64,000 nt of DNA from Tubiluchus corallicola (lineage: Eukaryota; Animalia; Priapulida). Positions 1 through 15,600 of this stretch are shown here, piece after piece. The stretch covers positions 124,001 through 188,000 of the forward strand of contig JAQGDQ010000095.1 in assembly GCA_030141605.1 (NCBI GenBank). Reading direction: 5' to 3'. The translations under genes and the position numbers were made by a program. Position 1 is the stretch's first letter; the number at the start of each line of letters is the position of its first letter. The notes under the pieces were generated by a model that did no database searches, had not been told where the DNA came from, and saw only the letters and a list, made by a program, of their open reading frames with translations.

Positions 1-2227
1 CACGTATTTTGTGCACACTTGAAAACGACGAATTCTAGTGTATGCAGGTTCTGAGCACAGCATTTTTTTATTTAACTGCGTGTTGTAGACAGAAGTTTTA
101 AGCCTTGAAGCCAAATTTTGATGAACTTCGGAGACGAAATGTAAAGCGTTACACATTCTCACTAAAGCCAACAGTCACTCAATTGACCACATTTTCTGGG
201 AATTTTCGTGAAAATAAAATATGAACCCATGCATTTACCAATAACTGACTAATGAAGCCTAGCTATCGCATAAAAACTCGGTTTCTTTACAAAACTTTAA
301 GCTAGCATCACCAATAATACAGGATTACGAATAGGTAATCTGTTGAATAGGAACACGAATCTGTTGAATAGGGCACGCTAAATACCAAAATTTTAACGCT
401 TAGTTAATTGCAAAAATAAAATAAAAACATGCTAGAAAAATATGAGAAATCGAGCCCCTACTTCAAGCTATATTCGAATATTTCAAAGTTTGAAACATCG
501 AATGGGAAACGTGTCTGCAAACGACGGAAGTCGGTGGACATTGACCGTATCTTAAATTATTAATGGAGTGGACAAACGTAGAAAACGCCAGACGAGTCCA
601 ATACATCAGTAACCCTTCTTTCTCTTGCAATATTGATTTATGTAGTCTCGCGACAACACACAATGCATGACATAATCAATTATTAGTGGCAGTGAAAACA
701 ACACAATAGGATTCTGGGTCAACTGCGACTGCAAACGTTCTAGCAAGAGCGACGCTTTTGTCTTTCTTGGAATGGATGTAACATCTTAAAAGCATTGCAA
801 ATTTAGCGCTGTTTACAGACAAGAAATGTAATAGACTGAGAATCGCACAAAAACGTCAAAAGGCGTGAAGGGATACTAAAGCAATGGCTTTTTAAGGGCA
901 TTGATTCTAAGGCCAGTAAACATTGGTAACAAATGTATTCAACATTTTGAATTACTGGTCCTAATTTTGGAAAATGCTCAGCATACACTTGTTCCAATGA
1001 AAATCGTTATAAAACAAAGTTATGCCACGCGTTCTCAAACCACCACACCAATAACTATAAAACAGGACAATGTTCTTTCTAAAAAATATTAACAATTTCA
1101 GTTGAATAATTATTGTATATGCATATTGATTCTAGAATGTAATTATTCTAGAGATTAATTACAGTCCTAATAATAAGCAACATGTCAGGTACTCCAAGAA
1201 TCAGTGTGCGCACGTCACCTGGTGTCAAACTTCATAAATACAGTTACATATATTCCACTGACCAAATGCATTACAAGCTGCTAACTGATCAAATAAGGTA
1301 ATTATCAGAAACTTTACCAGAAATAACTATTTAAACAAAAGCTAAACTCATTAAAAATATTAAGAACAGCTTTTTTAGTTCCTTTGCTTATTTAAAATTT
1401 TTTTATAACAATAAGCATAAAATATCATAATTTAGTATGTGATGTGAAATTAGAGGGTTAATTAAGACCTGTTAATGTTAACGAGTTTTTAGCAATCTAC
1501 AAAATACAAACAGTGTCAACTTTTCTATTATTTTACAATATGATGATACCACTAACAATTGGCCTCAAGAATAAATCAACTCTCAATTTTATACAAAAAA
1601 CATCGTGCTCTTCAAAAGGAGCAAATGACGTAAAATTATTTATTAAAGAATTAACAAACAATGTGCAAAATAAGATTTGATTGATGTCAAACCACTATGG
1701 TCCTCAACATTCAAATAGAAAAGCTCAAACAGAAATTTCATGAAGAGACATAGTAGATGAAATCAGAAAAGAATGCAAAACACTATGATCGAAACTTTGT
1801 GCAGAAAATAAAGTGTACAACATTAGCACATCAAGAAAGTAGAATTCCATTTCTAAACATACCAAAAAAATTAACATTTACGTGTATCACATTCTTAAAC
1901 TATGTACTAATGCAGTTATTAATTGTGAGAGTTAAGGTAGGACTCCCTGTGCACGTGATTGTTAGTGCATTTACAACATGAAAGTGTTTCCGTATGTACG
2001 TAATGCACAATCCGTGATCAACATTCATTTGAACATGCTCGCCATCGGCCAAATATGCATCATGCAGCAATATACAGATGGGAAACAGCTGTTGTCATTT
2101 GATTCAGTGAGTTTTCAACTTTCTGGTGACTACTTTTACTGATAAGCTTGTTGGGCAGGTGTTATGGTCACTTCAGGAACTACACACAATAAAATATCTT
2201 CCATTTGAGTTTTTGAAAGATGGAAGA

Positions 2228-3162
2228 TAGTTGTGTGCGAGACTGAAGATCTCAGTTCGAGACAAGATCGACATGAGATTTGCACAGTGTCAAGAAATTG
2301 AGATATGAGAATGAGACCAATAAAACTGAGTAATTAATAAATGAAATTTAGTAAAATCATGCGAGATGGAAACTAACTATGTATCAACGTCTCTGTATAG
2401 TTTTTTAAACTGCAACTAATCGCATAAAGAAAATATTAGATTTAAAAAACTTGGCTCTCATCAACAAAAAGTTTTTAATAAACAAATTTGCTTTTTTTAC
2501 AAATATGTTTTATTTTTCTACCACCTGTTTCCCGCATTCACATTTCTCGCGAAATACTTTCACAGATAAATTCCAGGGATTTTCTGCAATAGGCTTACTG
2601 CCCATCATTGGCCTCATAATTAACAGTTTCCATATCATGCCGCCATAATGAATATTTTGCTTATTACAAAAGAAATTGTTTAAAAAGGTCTTCCAATCAT
2701 TATCACGCAGATGCCTTTAGTTTGCAACTTTGTGTTTTAAGTTTTTTCAGCTGTAACTGCAGAGGTTGGGCAATGTTTTGCATAAAAGTTAAACTTGCTA
2801 AAACAACCAGGCTCATTTTCTTTGTGAAAAGCATATATGGAAACAGCCCCACTGCAGTTTTCTAAAATTTACCAGATGAGCAACAGGAACCCCGACTGGT
2901 TAGGTTTAGAATATTTAATAACATTTATTTTGCTTTATCGTGTATACTGTATATGCCACACCTAGCGAGCAAAATGGCGGAGTTCCGTGACACAGCGCTG
3001 GTATTTGCATTTATTTATAGCAGTCAAGAACTAAGTTTTTTCACTTAATTTTATCTGAATTCAGCAGCGGTTAATAGAGGAATCTTTGCGTATTCTTGTC
3101 GAACTATAATTGGCATGTAATGTTGAAATTTGTCTCAAAGCTCGAGGTCTCACACACCACTA
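2228..3162. mobile_element. Non-autonomous hAT-type DNA transposon (MITE)
   Basis: TIRs TAGTTGTGTGCGAGAC / GTCTCACACACCACTA (14/16 match); 8-bp TSD ATGGAAGA / ATGGTAGA; subterminal GAGAC repeats. Confidence 0.75.
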
Positions 3163-3604
3163 ATGGTAGAAGAATGTAATTCAGTAGTTCTGCATCTAAT
3201 CGCAGTTCCTTCACTATTGCTCTCTTCCCGGCAAACTGCAAAATGTGCTGTACCCAAAGCCTATACAAAGTACTTTTGAATTTTTCGGTCTAACAGATCA
3301 TTATATGCTAATACCATCACTGTGATTATTTCTTCATCACTGGTCCACTAAAATTTCGACATGCACATGGCTTCCAAAAACTATTAATTCCAATTTTCAC
3401 GAGCAGCAAGCAGAAATGGGGGAAAGAGTGCCATGAATTTTGTAAATAGGCACAGCATTCACGTACATATGGAAACAGTCAATGGGACTTATGCATTACA
3501 CTCACATGAAGTTCTACTTTTACATGAAACTTGCACTTTATCCATAGGTCTATTATAATACTATTGATTTAAACATACGAAAATAACATTTTCAGAATGA
3601 TTGC

Positions 3605-6600
3605 TTATTGACAATGCCTACTGCGACCATTTTGTCTATCTTTGGAGGACCGTCTCGGATGTACTTTGCGTTCATCACATCTCCTTCGCCTTTCCACGTC
3701 ACGAGAACTTGTCCTTTCATTGTCAGATGGCCTCCTTTTTTCAGCAATTGATTTTACATTTTCACTTTCTCTTTCTTTCCCCCGTGTTTCAGTTTTATCA
3801 CCCTTGTCACCACTTCTTTTCCTCTCCTTCGACCTGTGACTTGTAATGTGTCTTTCATACTCCAACTTACCACTTCCGCTACTTCTTCTGTCTCTTTCGC
3901 TTGACCCATGATGTCTGTCATGTCTTTCAGACGAGTAATCTCGCCTGCTCCTAATTCTTTCTCTTCCACATTCTCTATGAGACTCTGACATTTTTTCTCG
4001 ATCTCGACTTCTCTCTTGGTCTCGCTCCTGCTCAATGTCTTTGTCTCTTGATCCTAGCCGTCTTTCGCGTTCGCGGTCACTTACACGAAGTTTTTCTCTT
4101 CTTTCACCATCTTCGGGGTTTGACGTAAGTACTGAATGTCTAGATCTTTTTTTGTCTTCAGGGTGTAGCTGCTCTGTGTGTTTTTCACTGTCTTTAGATC
4201 TTTCTGGGCTTGGTGTAGGAGAATGACTCTTACAGCTGTCAGAATTGTCACTACTGTGTGCAGAAATGCGATGCCGCTTTTCCCGTTCTCTGAAAGATTA
4301 CCAAAACAACAAAATAAAAATAAAATATACTAAGTTGGTCTTTTAGCTGTGCAAGAATTTGAAAAGATTTCTTCAAGATTTTATGCTCTTTTGATTATTA
4401 TTAAAGATCTTTAAAAGTCAAGGCACTGACACCGAATAGCAATGTGAAATGACTGCATGTCAAATTAAAACAATCTCATTCACACTGAAACAAGCAATGT
4501 ACAAAACTGCATAGTACTTATCATGGTGAGACAACACGGTAGGATTTGTTTTCTAAACAGAGGAAAGAAGGCAATTATAAAATGAGTAACATGGACAAAA
4601 GAAGTAACTAAGCAAGAAGACTAAGTGAGCACTCATGAGAAATACCTTCTTCTAAAACGAATAGCCAACTCTCGTAGCTCTTCCTCTCTTTCTACTCTTT
4701 CCTGGTCCATTTTTTGCTTCTTTATAATTTCTTTTTTCTTATCCGCTTTATCTGCAATGAAAATAAATGTCATTTGTCGACCTTAAATTTATGTTTATTC
4801 ATGTAGATCAGAAAATAAACAGATTAATTTTCACATGCAATTTAAAAATTATGTAATAAATTAAAGTTTTTTCTCTTCTGCCAAAAACAAACATCAACAT
4901 TATACTGCTACTGTGATTTAAACAAGTTAAAAGACATCGTTCACAGGCTTTAAATCAGAAAAGTGGCAAGAATAATATTTATGATATACTTGTTACTTAT
5001 GTTAAGATTATGTTATCAGTTATAAAGTTTCACCAATAAAATACCGACATGTCATTTCAACAAAAGCATTTTTGAATGCTACACTCAGCCTGCTAATTTG
5101 TAATAATAATATATTATAATATTTTGTTAGACATGTACAGAAGCAGCAATAGCATTAACAGTCAAATAGTACAGAAAAATCCAAAACAGTCTGGAGTAAT
5201 GAAAAACTCAGATTCCGCCAACACTTTCATATAGCAATTGACATCATTAGCATCTGTTTTGGATATAATGGTAAATGACATATGTAACTTTCTTTCAATA
5301 CCTAATTACTAGCAAAATTCTGCAGAAAATTTACAAGAAATAAAGGATTTCCCATAACCATTAGCTAGGAAGTCACCATGTTAGTATAGGAAAGGCCACT
5401 AGATTTCTCGCATTTTCTTGAATAAAAAACGAGTCTTGTATTTCTCTGACCAATTCATCTTATATTTGACAATGTTTTGTAATCCAGGGCATCTTATATT
5501 CATTTTTTAAGAAAAATTTGATAACTAGAACAAGCATTTCAGTAAGCATCATAATTTAAGTCTTAACGTTTTACACAAGCAATACTTGTGACAGAGATCA
5601 TCATCAGTAAAACAGAGTTTTGAGAACCTGCCATCCCTGTCTGTTAAATGATATCATATCCGTCTGTTGAGTCAGACGATGTGGCTCGGAACTTAGCACA
5701 CAGAATAGGAGTGGCAGAGCTGCATTTAGGGCCTACTGTGTGAATGGACACTTTTAACCACATCTTTTCATTCAAAATACCACTGTTAGCTAAATGCTCT
5801 GTACAAAATAGAAAAAGCTTTAAAACTAAACCACTGTGCAAGTGATTAAAAATACATTTTCTGTAAATTCTGGGCTATGGACCTGACTGTAGCGGGTTGA
5901 ATGGATGACAAATTTATTCAAGGCAAAACCGCCTTGTGTGGACTGTACCTGCTTACAAGCAAAATGGAACTTCACACAATATGTACATTATAGTGTACAA
6001 AAAAGAACTTTGCTGTTGAACTGTGATGCATCCTATATTTGAAAGCATTTTATAATCAAGGGTGTCTTACATTTCAGAAAATACAGTACTTTAGCTCTTT
6101 CAGGTTTCTTGGTCTTTAAGTAGGTAATGCTGATAAGATCAGGTAAATAAAATTGCTGTATTTATCCATATAGGCTATTTAAATGTTGTCTATTTGTTTC
6201 AGTTTTGCAGAAAAGTTTAGTGCATAGTTCTGACACATTTCGTTAGAACCAGATGGCTTTGCATGAAAAGCAACAATTATGAAGCAGCAATAAAAGAAAG
6301 CATGAAAAGTCATTACTGACCATGGATCTGAACCAGAGACCCTTGGATTACAAGTCTAATCCCATTAACAATAAGATATACAACCAGTTGTAGTCAGGCC
6401 CGGTAAATTCAATGTTAATACTAGTCAACCAATTCAACATTTTAAAGTGTTAGTTTATTCATGGTAGACTAATTATTCTCTAATTGTATTAACTCTCAAA
6501 CTAGCTGATTAGATCACCCATGGCTCAAATGTTACAAAAATTAATCTGATTAGTTTGCAAATATTCTTGCATGAATAAATTACTACTGGGAAATGTTAGA

Positions 6601-9600
6601 ACGGTAGGTGAGCTATTGGGACTTGACAGCCTTCTAATGGTCATGCCTTTGACTGTAATCCAAAGGTTCTTAGTTCAAATCCAGGCTCAGTTCTGTTTTC
6701 TGAATTGCCGTTTTTGGTCAAGTTAATTAAAAAACAATGTTTTTTAAAGCATTCCTTTTGTAAATATCTTGCTCTTAGATGAATAGTAATGACTTGTATT
6801 TCTTAGGTGACGGAAAATCCAAAGGTAAGCAGCACTATTTGCGCATCATTTACATGTCTAATAACAATACCCTCAACAATACACCTCCCACAGCAAATGC
6901 TATTACAATTAACCAGCAAAGTAGTATCTGAAGTTGCAGAATAATTACTAGCAAAACATGTAAACATCAACTAGACCAGTGCTTCGTAAACAAAGGATAA
7001 GTAAGTACTTTAGCAACATGCATGAAAACTAAATGATTACAATCACCATACATCAAGCAAACATAACTAGCAGTAAACTTCTGAAAATCTGACTTTACAA
7101 TGAAATGCTGCAAGACTCAAATCAGTGACCGATTGGCATATTTCTAAAAACTCTAACTCAATTCAATGCAGACTCAGAAAAGGATTTGAAACTGGATTTG
7201 GTAATAAAGAGGCCGACAGTTTTGCACACTTCAGCACTTCTATAATGTAAGGAAATAAGCGACAAAAATCTCATTGGCACAAGAAGGACGAATGTATATA
7301 CTTACGTGTTTTCCTAAGCGCCACTTGCATTCTTCGCTTTAGCTTCTCTGCTGGTGTTAACTTTTGTGCCTGGAAAATAAAAACAACTTTTAGCAAGTTG
7401 AAGATAAAGACCTACAAAAGTAAATGAACTCATAGAAAGCAGAGACCTTTGTCTTCTGGTCAAGGAAAATTGGTATGGGAAACAGGTGTGCGATATAAAA
7501 AAGAACAACATTTCTCCAGTGCTGCCAAAACGTTATTGCTGTAAATTCAACATACAATGAGAGGTGAACGGAATTTAAGCTCGGCCAATTGATATTGAAA
7601 CACCAGTGTTTTACACAGGAAGTGTTAAAAAACAAATGCAATTAGCAATTGCACCATATGCATCAGTAATACCATGCAGGGATGTTACCAAAATGAAAAT
7701 TTCGTTTTGGTTTGCCGATAACTGCACTTTCAGTTCAGTTTCGCTTTCGTCGAAAATTACTTAGTTTTGTAGCTGAGTTTTCGGTAGCATTATTCCAAAG
7801 CTTTAGTAGTATTTATCCAGTTTACCTTATTTCTCCTAGATGCTAAAAATGAAAAATCTTAGCAAAAATAATTTTAATAAAGAAAAAATTTTGCTTATTC
7901 AACTTTTTGCATCATTTGTAGCATGCTTTTTACAGCAATGCGGCATATCTGACGACTATGAAGCTTTAAGGTCTCCAAGTACAATCAACCGAATATCAAA
8001 GCATAATTTGAATTAAACCAACTTTAATTTTATGAATTATGAAATTTAGGCAACAAAATATTTACAAAATAAAATTTGTAAAATAAAGTTTTTTTGAAGC
8101 TTCATGGTTTTTAAACATAAATGCTGTTCTACTTTTTTGGTTAGGACTTTTGCCTAGCTACTTCATCAAGCTTGTATCAGAGCAAATTTAAGCAAACAAG
8201 TAAAAATAAAGTATTTTATTTATTTCAGATTTTTTTCAGTTTTGATAGTAGTTGCTTTTGCAAAAATGATTTTGGTTCGGTTTCGTTTCAGTATCGGTTT
8301 TTCCTATGTTTCATAAATTTCAGTTTATAATTTTAGTTTCGCTAACATCCTGACACCATGTAGCCTATATCTGCGAAGCAAGTTCTCTTTCCATGAAAAC
8401 TTAAAGGGCATAATAAACGTAATTAGAATAACCTAGTGCCAGAAGAATCAGTATATTAAATGTTGTAACTTTCAGGACTACTGACCAGGCACACAGAAAA
8501 CGATGCCCAATAGCACTCAATAATGATACTGTGTGAAGAATCGTAGGGTATATAAGCAATTAAAACATGTTATATAGAAAAAAAATGAGTGATTCTTACT
8601 GACTTTGGTATCTTTCAACTCTGTGGCTGAAGTTGCTATACCTGCTTGAGTCCTGAAATGTAAAGAACAATATACCACATGAGCTGCACATATTAAACCA
8701 AATCACGTCATTAGTGAAAACCAAAACAATAATGAAACATTGGAATCAATTACAGTTTCATCTCATTTCAGCCCAAGCACACTAGTATCTGACGCTATTT
8801 GCCCATAGCAGATTATTCACTTTAGCAGATTTAAATAACCATTTGCCGAAAAGCAATAACTAGACAAGGTAGACAATACAACTCAAAACTACCCCAATAG
8901 CAACTGCCCAAAAGAAAACAAGCAGCAATGCACAATTTGTAAAAATTTATGCAAAAGGTTTTTACCAAGCTGCCAGAGTAAACCTAATGCAGATGCTGTA
9001 GTTATAAGGTTTATTTGAATTATTAATTTTATATATAAAATAGACTATAATTATATTTGAAAATGTTGTTATCTTTTCAGTATTTCTTAATAAGTTGAAC
9101 ATTAAGTTTACTAATGCAGTTACATTTATAAAAAATGTTCTTCCTTCAAAGCTACCAATGTCATTCTAAAAAGTTTTTGCTATTAGGCTCACATGCACAT
9201 TTCAGAAAAATAGTCATAAAAATTGTTCTAGCCTATCCAGTTTATTTGAGATTATCTTTAACAAAATGCCAACACTTAACAAAGCTGCCAAGTTAAGCTA
9301 TCACAATAATATGCAATAAGGGAGTAGGATAGTAAAAGCAGATTGAAAAACATGTATGTGATATGCGTACATTTGCAAAATACAGAGGAACGGTTAAGGA
9401 AGAATGTAACTGGAAATTAAGGCAACTGTAAACATAAGAGCATTACAAATTTAATTAATAATACATTGGAATTTCCTACCTATTCGACAAAGATGTAGCT
9501 TGCCTTTGTTCTCTACTAGAGGCCACAACAGTTTTCGATTCTGTGTCATCATTACTTTTGGATTTAGACATGGATTTTCTAAATGATGCATTAAAATAGT

Positions 9601-12600
9601 TTAAAAATTATCAATTCTCATTGCAAAAGCTTCATAGTAGCTCTAAACTTATATCGTTCTTAAAAATCAAAATGAGATAGAAACAAAAAGCTCTTACCAA
9701 AAAAAAAACTAAAATTATAAACAAAACAGATAAGACCATGAATATTCTTAAAAGGTTATAAAAGTCATTACCGAAGAGTTTGATCACTTGGTGTTGGTGA
9801 CCGAAATCTGTCCTTTAATAACTTTTCTTTTTCAACTGAACTCACAGAATTAGATCTTGATCTGTCTTGTGACCTTGACTCGCTTCGGGAACTTGACCTG
9901 GAGCTTGAGTTTGCTGAAGAAACACTTCGCGATCGTGACCTTCGTAATCTGCAAACGAAACATGCGTTTCAATGTTAACCTTACTATAAGAGTAATGAAA
10001 TGAAATTTTCAATTTCAAAAGTTTTTGAATATTTAGATTAGGTAACTTAATTAATTTATCTAACTATACCTTCGTAATATTTCAGCTGAACTAGCAGATG
10101 AAGTGGAATGTGACCTTGACCGTTTTCTCGACCTGAAGTTTAGTAAGTTTACACAGTTATTAACTACAGTCAAATTTAAACATGACATTTAAAACAACAA
10201 ACATGCTTAGTTACAAAAGAAAGAACAAAAGCTGTTAATAAATTAAACATCACCATTCATTTAAACTACTATTTCAAGAAAATTACATGTGAAAAATACT
10301 AAAAAGGTAAGAAAAGGTTCAGCTATTGAACTGAAATATAACTGTCTTCTCATTGTTAAGATGGTTCCTCTACCATTCATTTCAATGAGAAACAGCTACA
10401 CTGGTACAGCCAGAAAACTAAAACACATAAAAGAAGCTAGCATCACGCGCAGATGCATAAAAGGTTCCTTTGTTACTGTCTTTACAAATTTTCTTTCTCA
10501 AACCTGCATACATCATTAACGAACACATAACAAAATGATAGTGCACAAGATAGACCCACATTAGGCAGTTCTCAGAAAACTTCATTTTTCATAAATTACC
10601 CAAAAATAACACCGACCGGGGATCAGTATGAACAGACAAATGTGGAGGTAGAGTTGGTCCCTGCACTATGAGGGGATGTGCAGTAGATGCCATGGCACCA
10701 GGAGTATCATCATCGGATATGCTACCAAAGCTGGTAATGAACGTCACTTGTCCGGTGTTCAGAGGTGATCTGGAACGTGATCGCGATGACGACTTACTAC
10801 AAATACAAAAAGAAATCTTCAAATTGCAAAGAACTTCAGATTGCATGATGAATTGCACAAAATAAATTTTGCAACAATATTTAAGCAAACATCACCAACT
10901 AAAACTTCAACGAAATGAATTTGGTAGACTCTTACCCACGGAATGGCTCATACGTAGGACTATCTCGTTGTGCATAACTGAAACGCATTAACATAAATTA
11001 ATGTAACATAAATTAATGTAAATAAAAACCATCATAGAAAATACAACTAAACACAGAGGATATGTGATTTGCAATCAGACGTACATCTTATCTGGCCATT
11101 GAGAGAAAGGACATGGCTCTATACACAGGCCTTTTACTGGTCATTAAACGCAAAAGCACGTTACGAATATTTTAAAATTTTAGTTGTCTTGCACAGATGT
11201 CATCTATTTAGTGAAAACAATATAAATATGACAGTACAAGCAATAAAGAATATGACAACATAACAAGTGATAAATGTTCAGTGATTTACAATGATATAAA
11301 TTACATAGCAAGTCCAAGTCATGAGAAGTGTTCACATTTATACTTCAGTTACATGTGTCAAGCAAACAACTTCAGAAAATTAAAAAAAAGACAAAGAAAG
11401 TTTTGTCACTGACCAAATGTGTAATTGCAAGAAAAAACAACTCTAAGTTGCCTAAATGTATAACATATAAAAACTTTTTACTTTAAAATCAATATAAATA
11501 TGATGCTATAATACTTCTGTTTCTTAATAGTAGTGATGTGCCTTCTACAGAGAAGTGATTACATAAAATAAGGTATCTAATAAATTTAGTGTTGGTTACA
11601 CTGTCTCGACAACTGATAAGCAAAATTTTTGATTTATTAATATACATCAATTACGATTAGAATTAATACAAAAAACCCTAAATAAATTTAGAAAACTTAA
11701 TTCTAAGAATGTCATTAGTGTTAAATGGCATCTGTATAAGCTAATCAGGGTATTTCTTAAATAAGGAATGCTCAATGCTTCAACAACTTTAGTATTAAAT
11801 TTTGAGAACTTTACAAAAATGTCATAAACATCAAATTATTTGGTATGCCCAGTATAAGTGCAGATGTTTTGGAAACTAAACTCAATAGTGAAACTTCAGA
11901 TATCATAAATTACAAATAATGACGCCAGTTGGAGACATCCAAATACGTTTCTCTAGATCTATATTTTTGTAGTACTAATGCCGGGAAATCAGAAACTCAT
12001 GCCTACAGTAAGTGCTGGATGGCAGAAATTCAAGCAACAGTCTTGGATCTTTTTAAGGTATTCCAAATTTACGTAACATTATTTTTGTCAGTTACACTGA
12101 GAGATTACATTTTTAAGTTAATATTGCAAATTACAACTAAACGGATTACAACAAAATAAAAGGATTAAAAAAGAAATGCAAAGAAATAATTTAAAATGAA
12201 ATTTGAGATATTTAATATCATAAAAAGTTACTATCTTAAGCAGAGTAAGAAAACAAAACAAGCAGATGGGGCCGAAAAGCCTTAATGAAGTTATGACATT
12301 AGATTTTCTATCATGAATTATCATGTTTTAGGGTAATTTTAGTGTTTTTGTATTTAAACTTTGCAAAACTTATGAATGGGCAGCCTATTAAGTCCTGCTA
12401 AAGTATGGCACGCTTTTCATGTTCATAAGGCACTATTGCTTTAGCAAAGCAGTACCATAAGTGACTTTTGGCAAAAGGCACATTTGACAAAATTAGTTTA
12501 ATAAAATTATTGATGTGAACTATTAAGAGAAATGTGAGAAAATTCCAGCAAACGAAGTATCCCTACACAAACTTCTCAGCTCTAAAATAGAAACTGAGTG

Positions 12601-15600
12601 CAAGTACTCAGTTAAAACTCGTACACTAAACAGTAAAAAAAGAGTTCTATAGCACAAAAATATAAATTAGAGAAAAGCCAAAAGGTGTTCGATTTACTCT
12701 GAATGTCACCCAAAGGCACACAACACCTGTAACTACTCTAGTCAAGTGTCATTCTACATGGTGTGTGAGTAAAAAGAGTAAGTGCACAATTGAAAGTTTA
12801 CAGTTGCTAGTAAGAGACATAGTAATTAGTGATTGCACAATTTGTGTAGAAATAACTGGCGATTAGAAAAGTGCTGAAAAGCTTAAGAAAATATACGTAA
12901 GATAATTACATACCTAGGAGGACTAATAGTTCTACCAGCCATCTTTTTCTCACGAAATGCTCGTCGCTCTCTTCTTGCTTTCCGTCCCTAACAAAGAATA
13001 AATTGAAACAATAATTGCAATCAGAAGCAACAGTTACAAAAGAATCATTATACAAATGACCCTCTACACAAACCAATTGCTACAAATCAGTTTCCGACAC
13101 CTAAAAGTAAGAGCAGATATATATATACAAGTAAAATTTCTAAATGTTTCTATAATCATAATAGTATCTAATGTATGAATGATTATCTGTACATAATAGA
13201 AATAAGAACATTTGTCAACAAAAATTATAAATGTCATTTGTAAGTGCAGTTAATATAACTGACGGCGTTGTATGTAGTTTGACACGTGTTCAACTTGCCT
13301 ATGATTTTATTTGCATATTAAAGACTTACAGAATACATTGCTTTCTCTTCTTCGTGCATTTTCTGTAGTCGAAGTTGTTCAATTTCATCCTTGTCATTTT
13401 TCATCATACTAAAACAATACACGTACCCAATTGCATTAAAAGCAATAAAACAATTTAACAATGTGTGACAAACAAAAGTTTTGCCAAGTGGCGACAGCCT
13501 ATAACAACAAATACAGGGTAATAATGAGATACATTAGTTATACATTGAGAATTAAATATATCATAAAAACATACTAAATGTAGTCGCCCATTGCAACTCC
13601 ATACATCGTAGCACACTTGTTCATGAAATGTTCTTGCTCTTCATTTAATTCATCCACATCAACAGTCAAATCTGGAACACAAGTTATAGTTGAAAATGTT
13701 TCCCACTTCTTAATTTTTCAAAGAAAGAGTGCAGGCAAACCAATGGCATAGCAGTATCTATTCTAAAATGATTCGTAAACGATCACCAGAATAGCATTTT
13801 TCTAGTGAGCAAATGTCTCTCTCTTACGAAGAGTGCTGCCTTGCTCAGGCTAATGTTTCAAACCGTTGAAATGAGCAACAAAGACATCTTAAACGTAACT
13901 TTTGTGTTAAACTACCAGAAACAACAAAATAGTACACGAAAATTTAATTAGCAGCCACAAATTGCAAAAGACTCACTAACAGAAGCTACTTTATAACATA
14001 CAACTGCTTATAAAACTTCATGAAAACATACATAAACCATAACTAGCTATGACACCCGCAAATTTAAATATAGCTACCGATATCCATATCACTGTCATCA
14101 TCGTCATCCTCATCACCCTCTGCCCCACTTTCTTTATCTTCTTTGAGTCCAGATGGGTTGCTGTCTGTATAAGTGTAGGCTATTGCTGCTTTATCTTTAG
14201 CCAGTCTAAAATAACATGTGCATTGTATTTTCTCTTTTGTTTTACATTAATTGCCTTGGCTAACTATGGGTCATTAATTTTTTAATACAGCATTGTCTTT
14301 CAAGATAGAAGATTTAAGAAACAGCTACATACCCAGATATATGGGTTTACACAGAAACACTTGAGAGCATTCTGCTAAACAATTTCTCATGAAACTATAT
14401 GCCAATTCATCAAGATGTCAAATAAATTTCCATAAACAGAATAGTATTATATAAATATGTAATACAAATGAAATGCAGACCTTTTCTTTTCCTCTTCTTT
14501 ATTTTTATTTTCTATGGCACCAAATTGTTCGTCTAAATAAATTTGTTTTAAGACTTGATCTTCTGACACTAAAACATATAATCAGGTTGTTATATTTACC
14601 TCAATATCTCAACAACTTATAGTTTTACAGTTGAAAATAATAGGGATGGGACGGATATATGTTTACTGGATCTGGGCCAGATTGGGATTTTGGCATATGG
14701 ATCGGGGTCAGATATAAACTGGCTTTTCATTTAAATACATCTACGGAGTCGAAATAAGTGATGCTATTTAAAAAAACCTATTTTTGGAAGTTTCCTCAGC
14801 TTAAAGGGGAATATCACCAAAATTAAGTTGAGCTTGAATAACTCGCAATCATATTGCGAATACAAAAACTTATCTCATTCTTCACGAAAGTTTCATGTTT
14901 AAGAATCCTTGGCAAATGTTCGGATAAAATTGTATACAAAACAAACATTTGACTAGGCCGAATTGGACCTGCGCCTCTGATGGCGAAAATTGCCGTATTA
15001 CAGATAAAACTTGGCATAAGTCACAAGGGGAGAACGCCTACGCTGTGCGCACTGTACACAACACTGTTTGAGTATTTGTTTACACCAGCAAGCAGCGTCA
15101 GCATACAGTATTTTTACTCAGTTTATACCTTGTGACGGATTATCACTTATCACTAAAGATTAGCCTATTGTGGAATGAATGCGTGATTTGCTCTGTTTCG
15201 GTCATCGTGATTGTTCTTATTGAAAAAGAGCCGTGGAATGTGTTACACTAGGATTCAGCAATCGTTCGATGCAGCAGTCAGATGGAAAGTGTCGAAATAC
15301 GAAGCCAAAATCTAAAAACTTTTACTTAGTTTCCAATGAGCAACAGAAAATTATTGAAGCAGTGAAAGCACAATCTAAAAGATGGATTCACGCCTACAAA
15401 CTGTCACGACTTGATTTATGTGTGATAATTTCTCAGTTGTTTGCTTTGAAACGTGAGTTTAGAACATGATGAACTCTAGTGTTGAAAATATTGTGATTAC
15501 ACTTCGGACAGATTTAGTCAGATGCAGTTTTTGGTAGTCTTTTTTAATTTGTTTCATTTTAAGCCCAAGTGCGTAGTTTATCGATGCAGTTTAGTCATCT

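Noticed and set aside
6625-6691. Functional tRNA gene
   Set aside because: Acceptor and D stems do not pair; treated as a SINE-like remnant.
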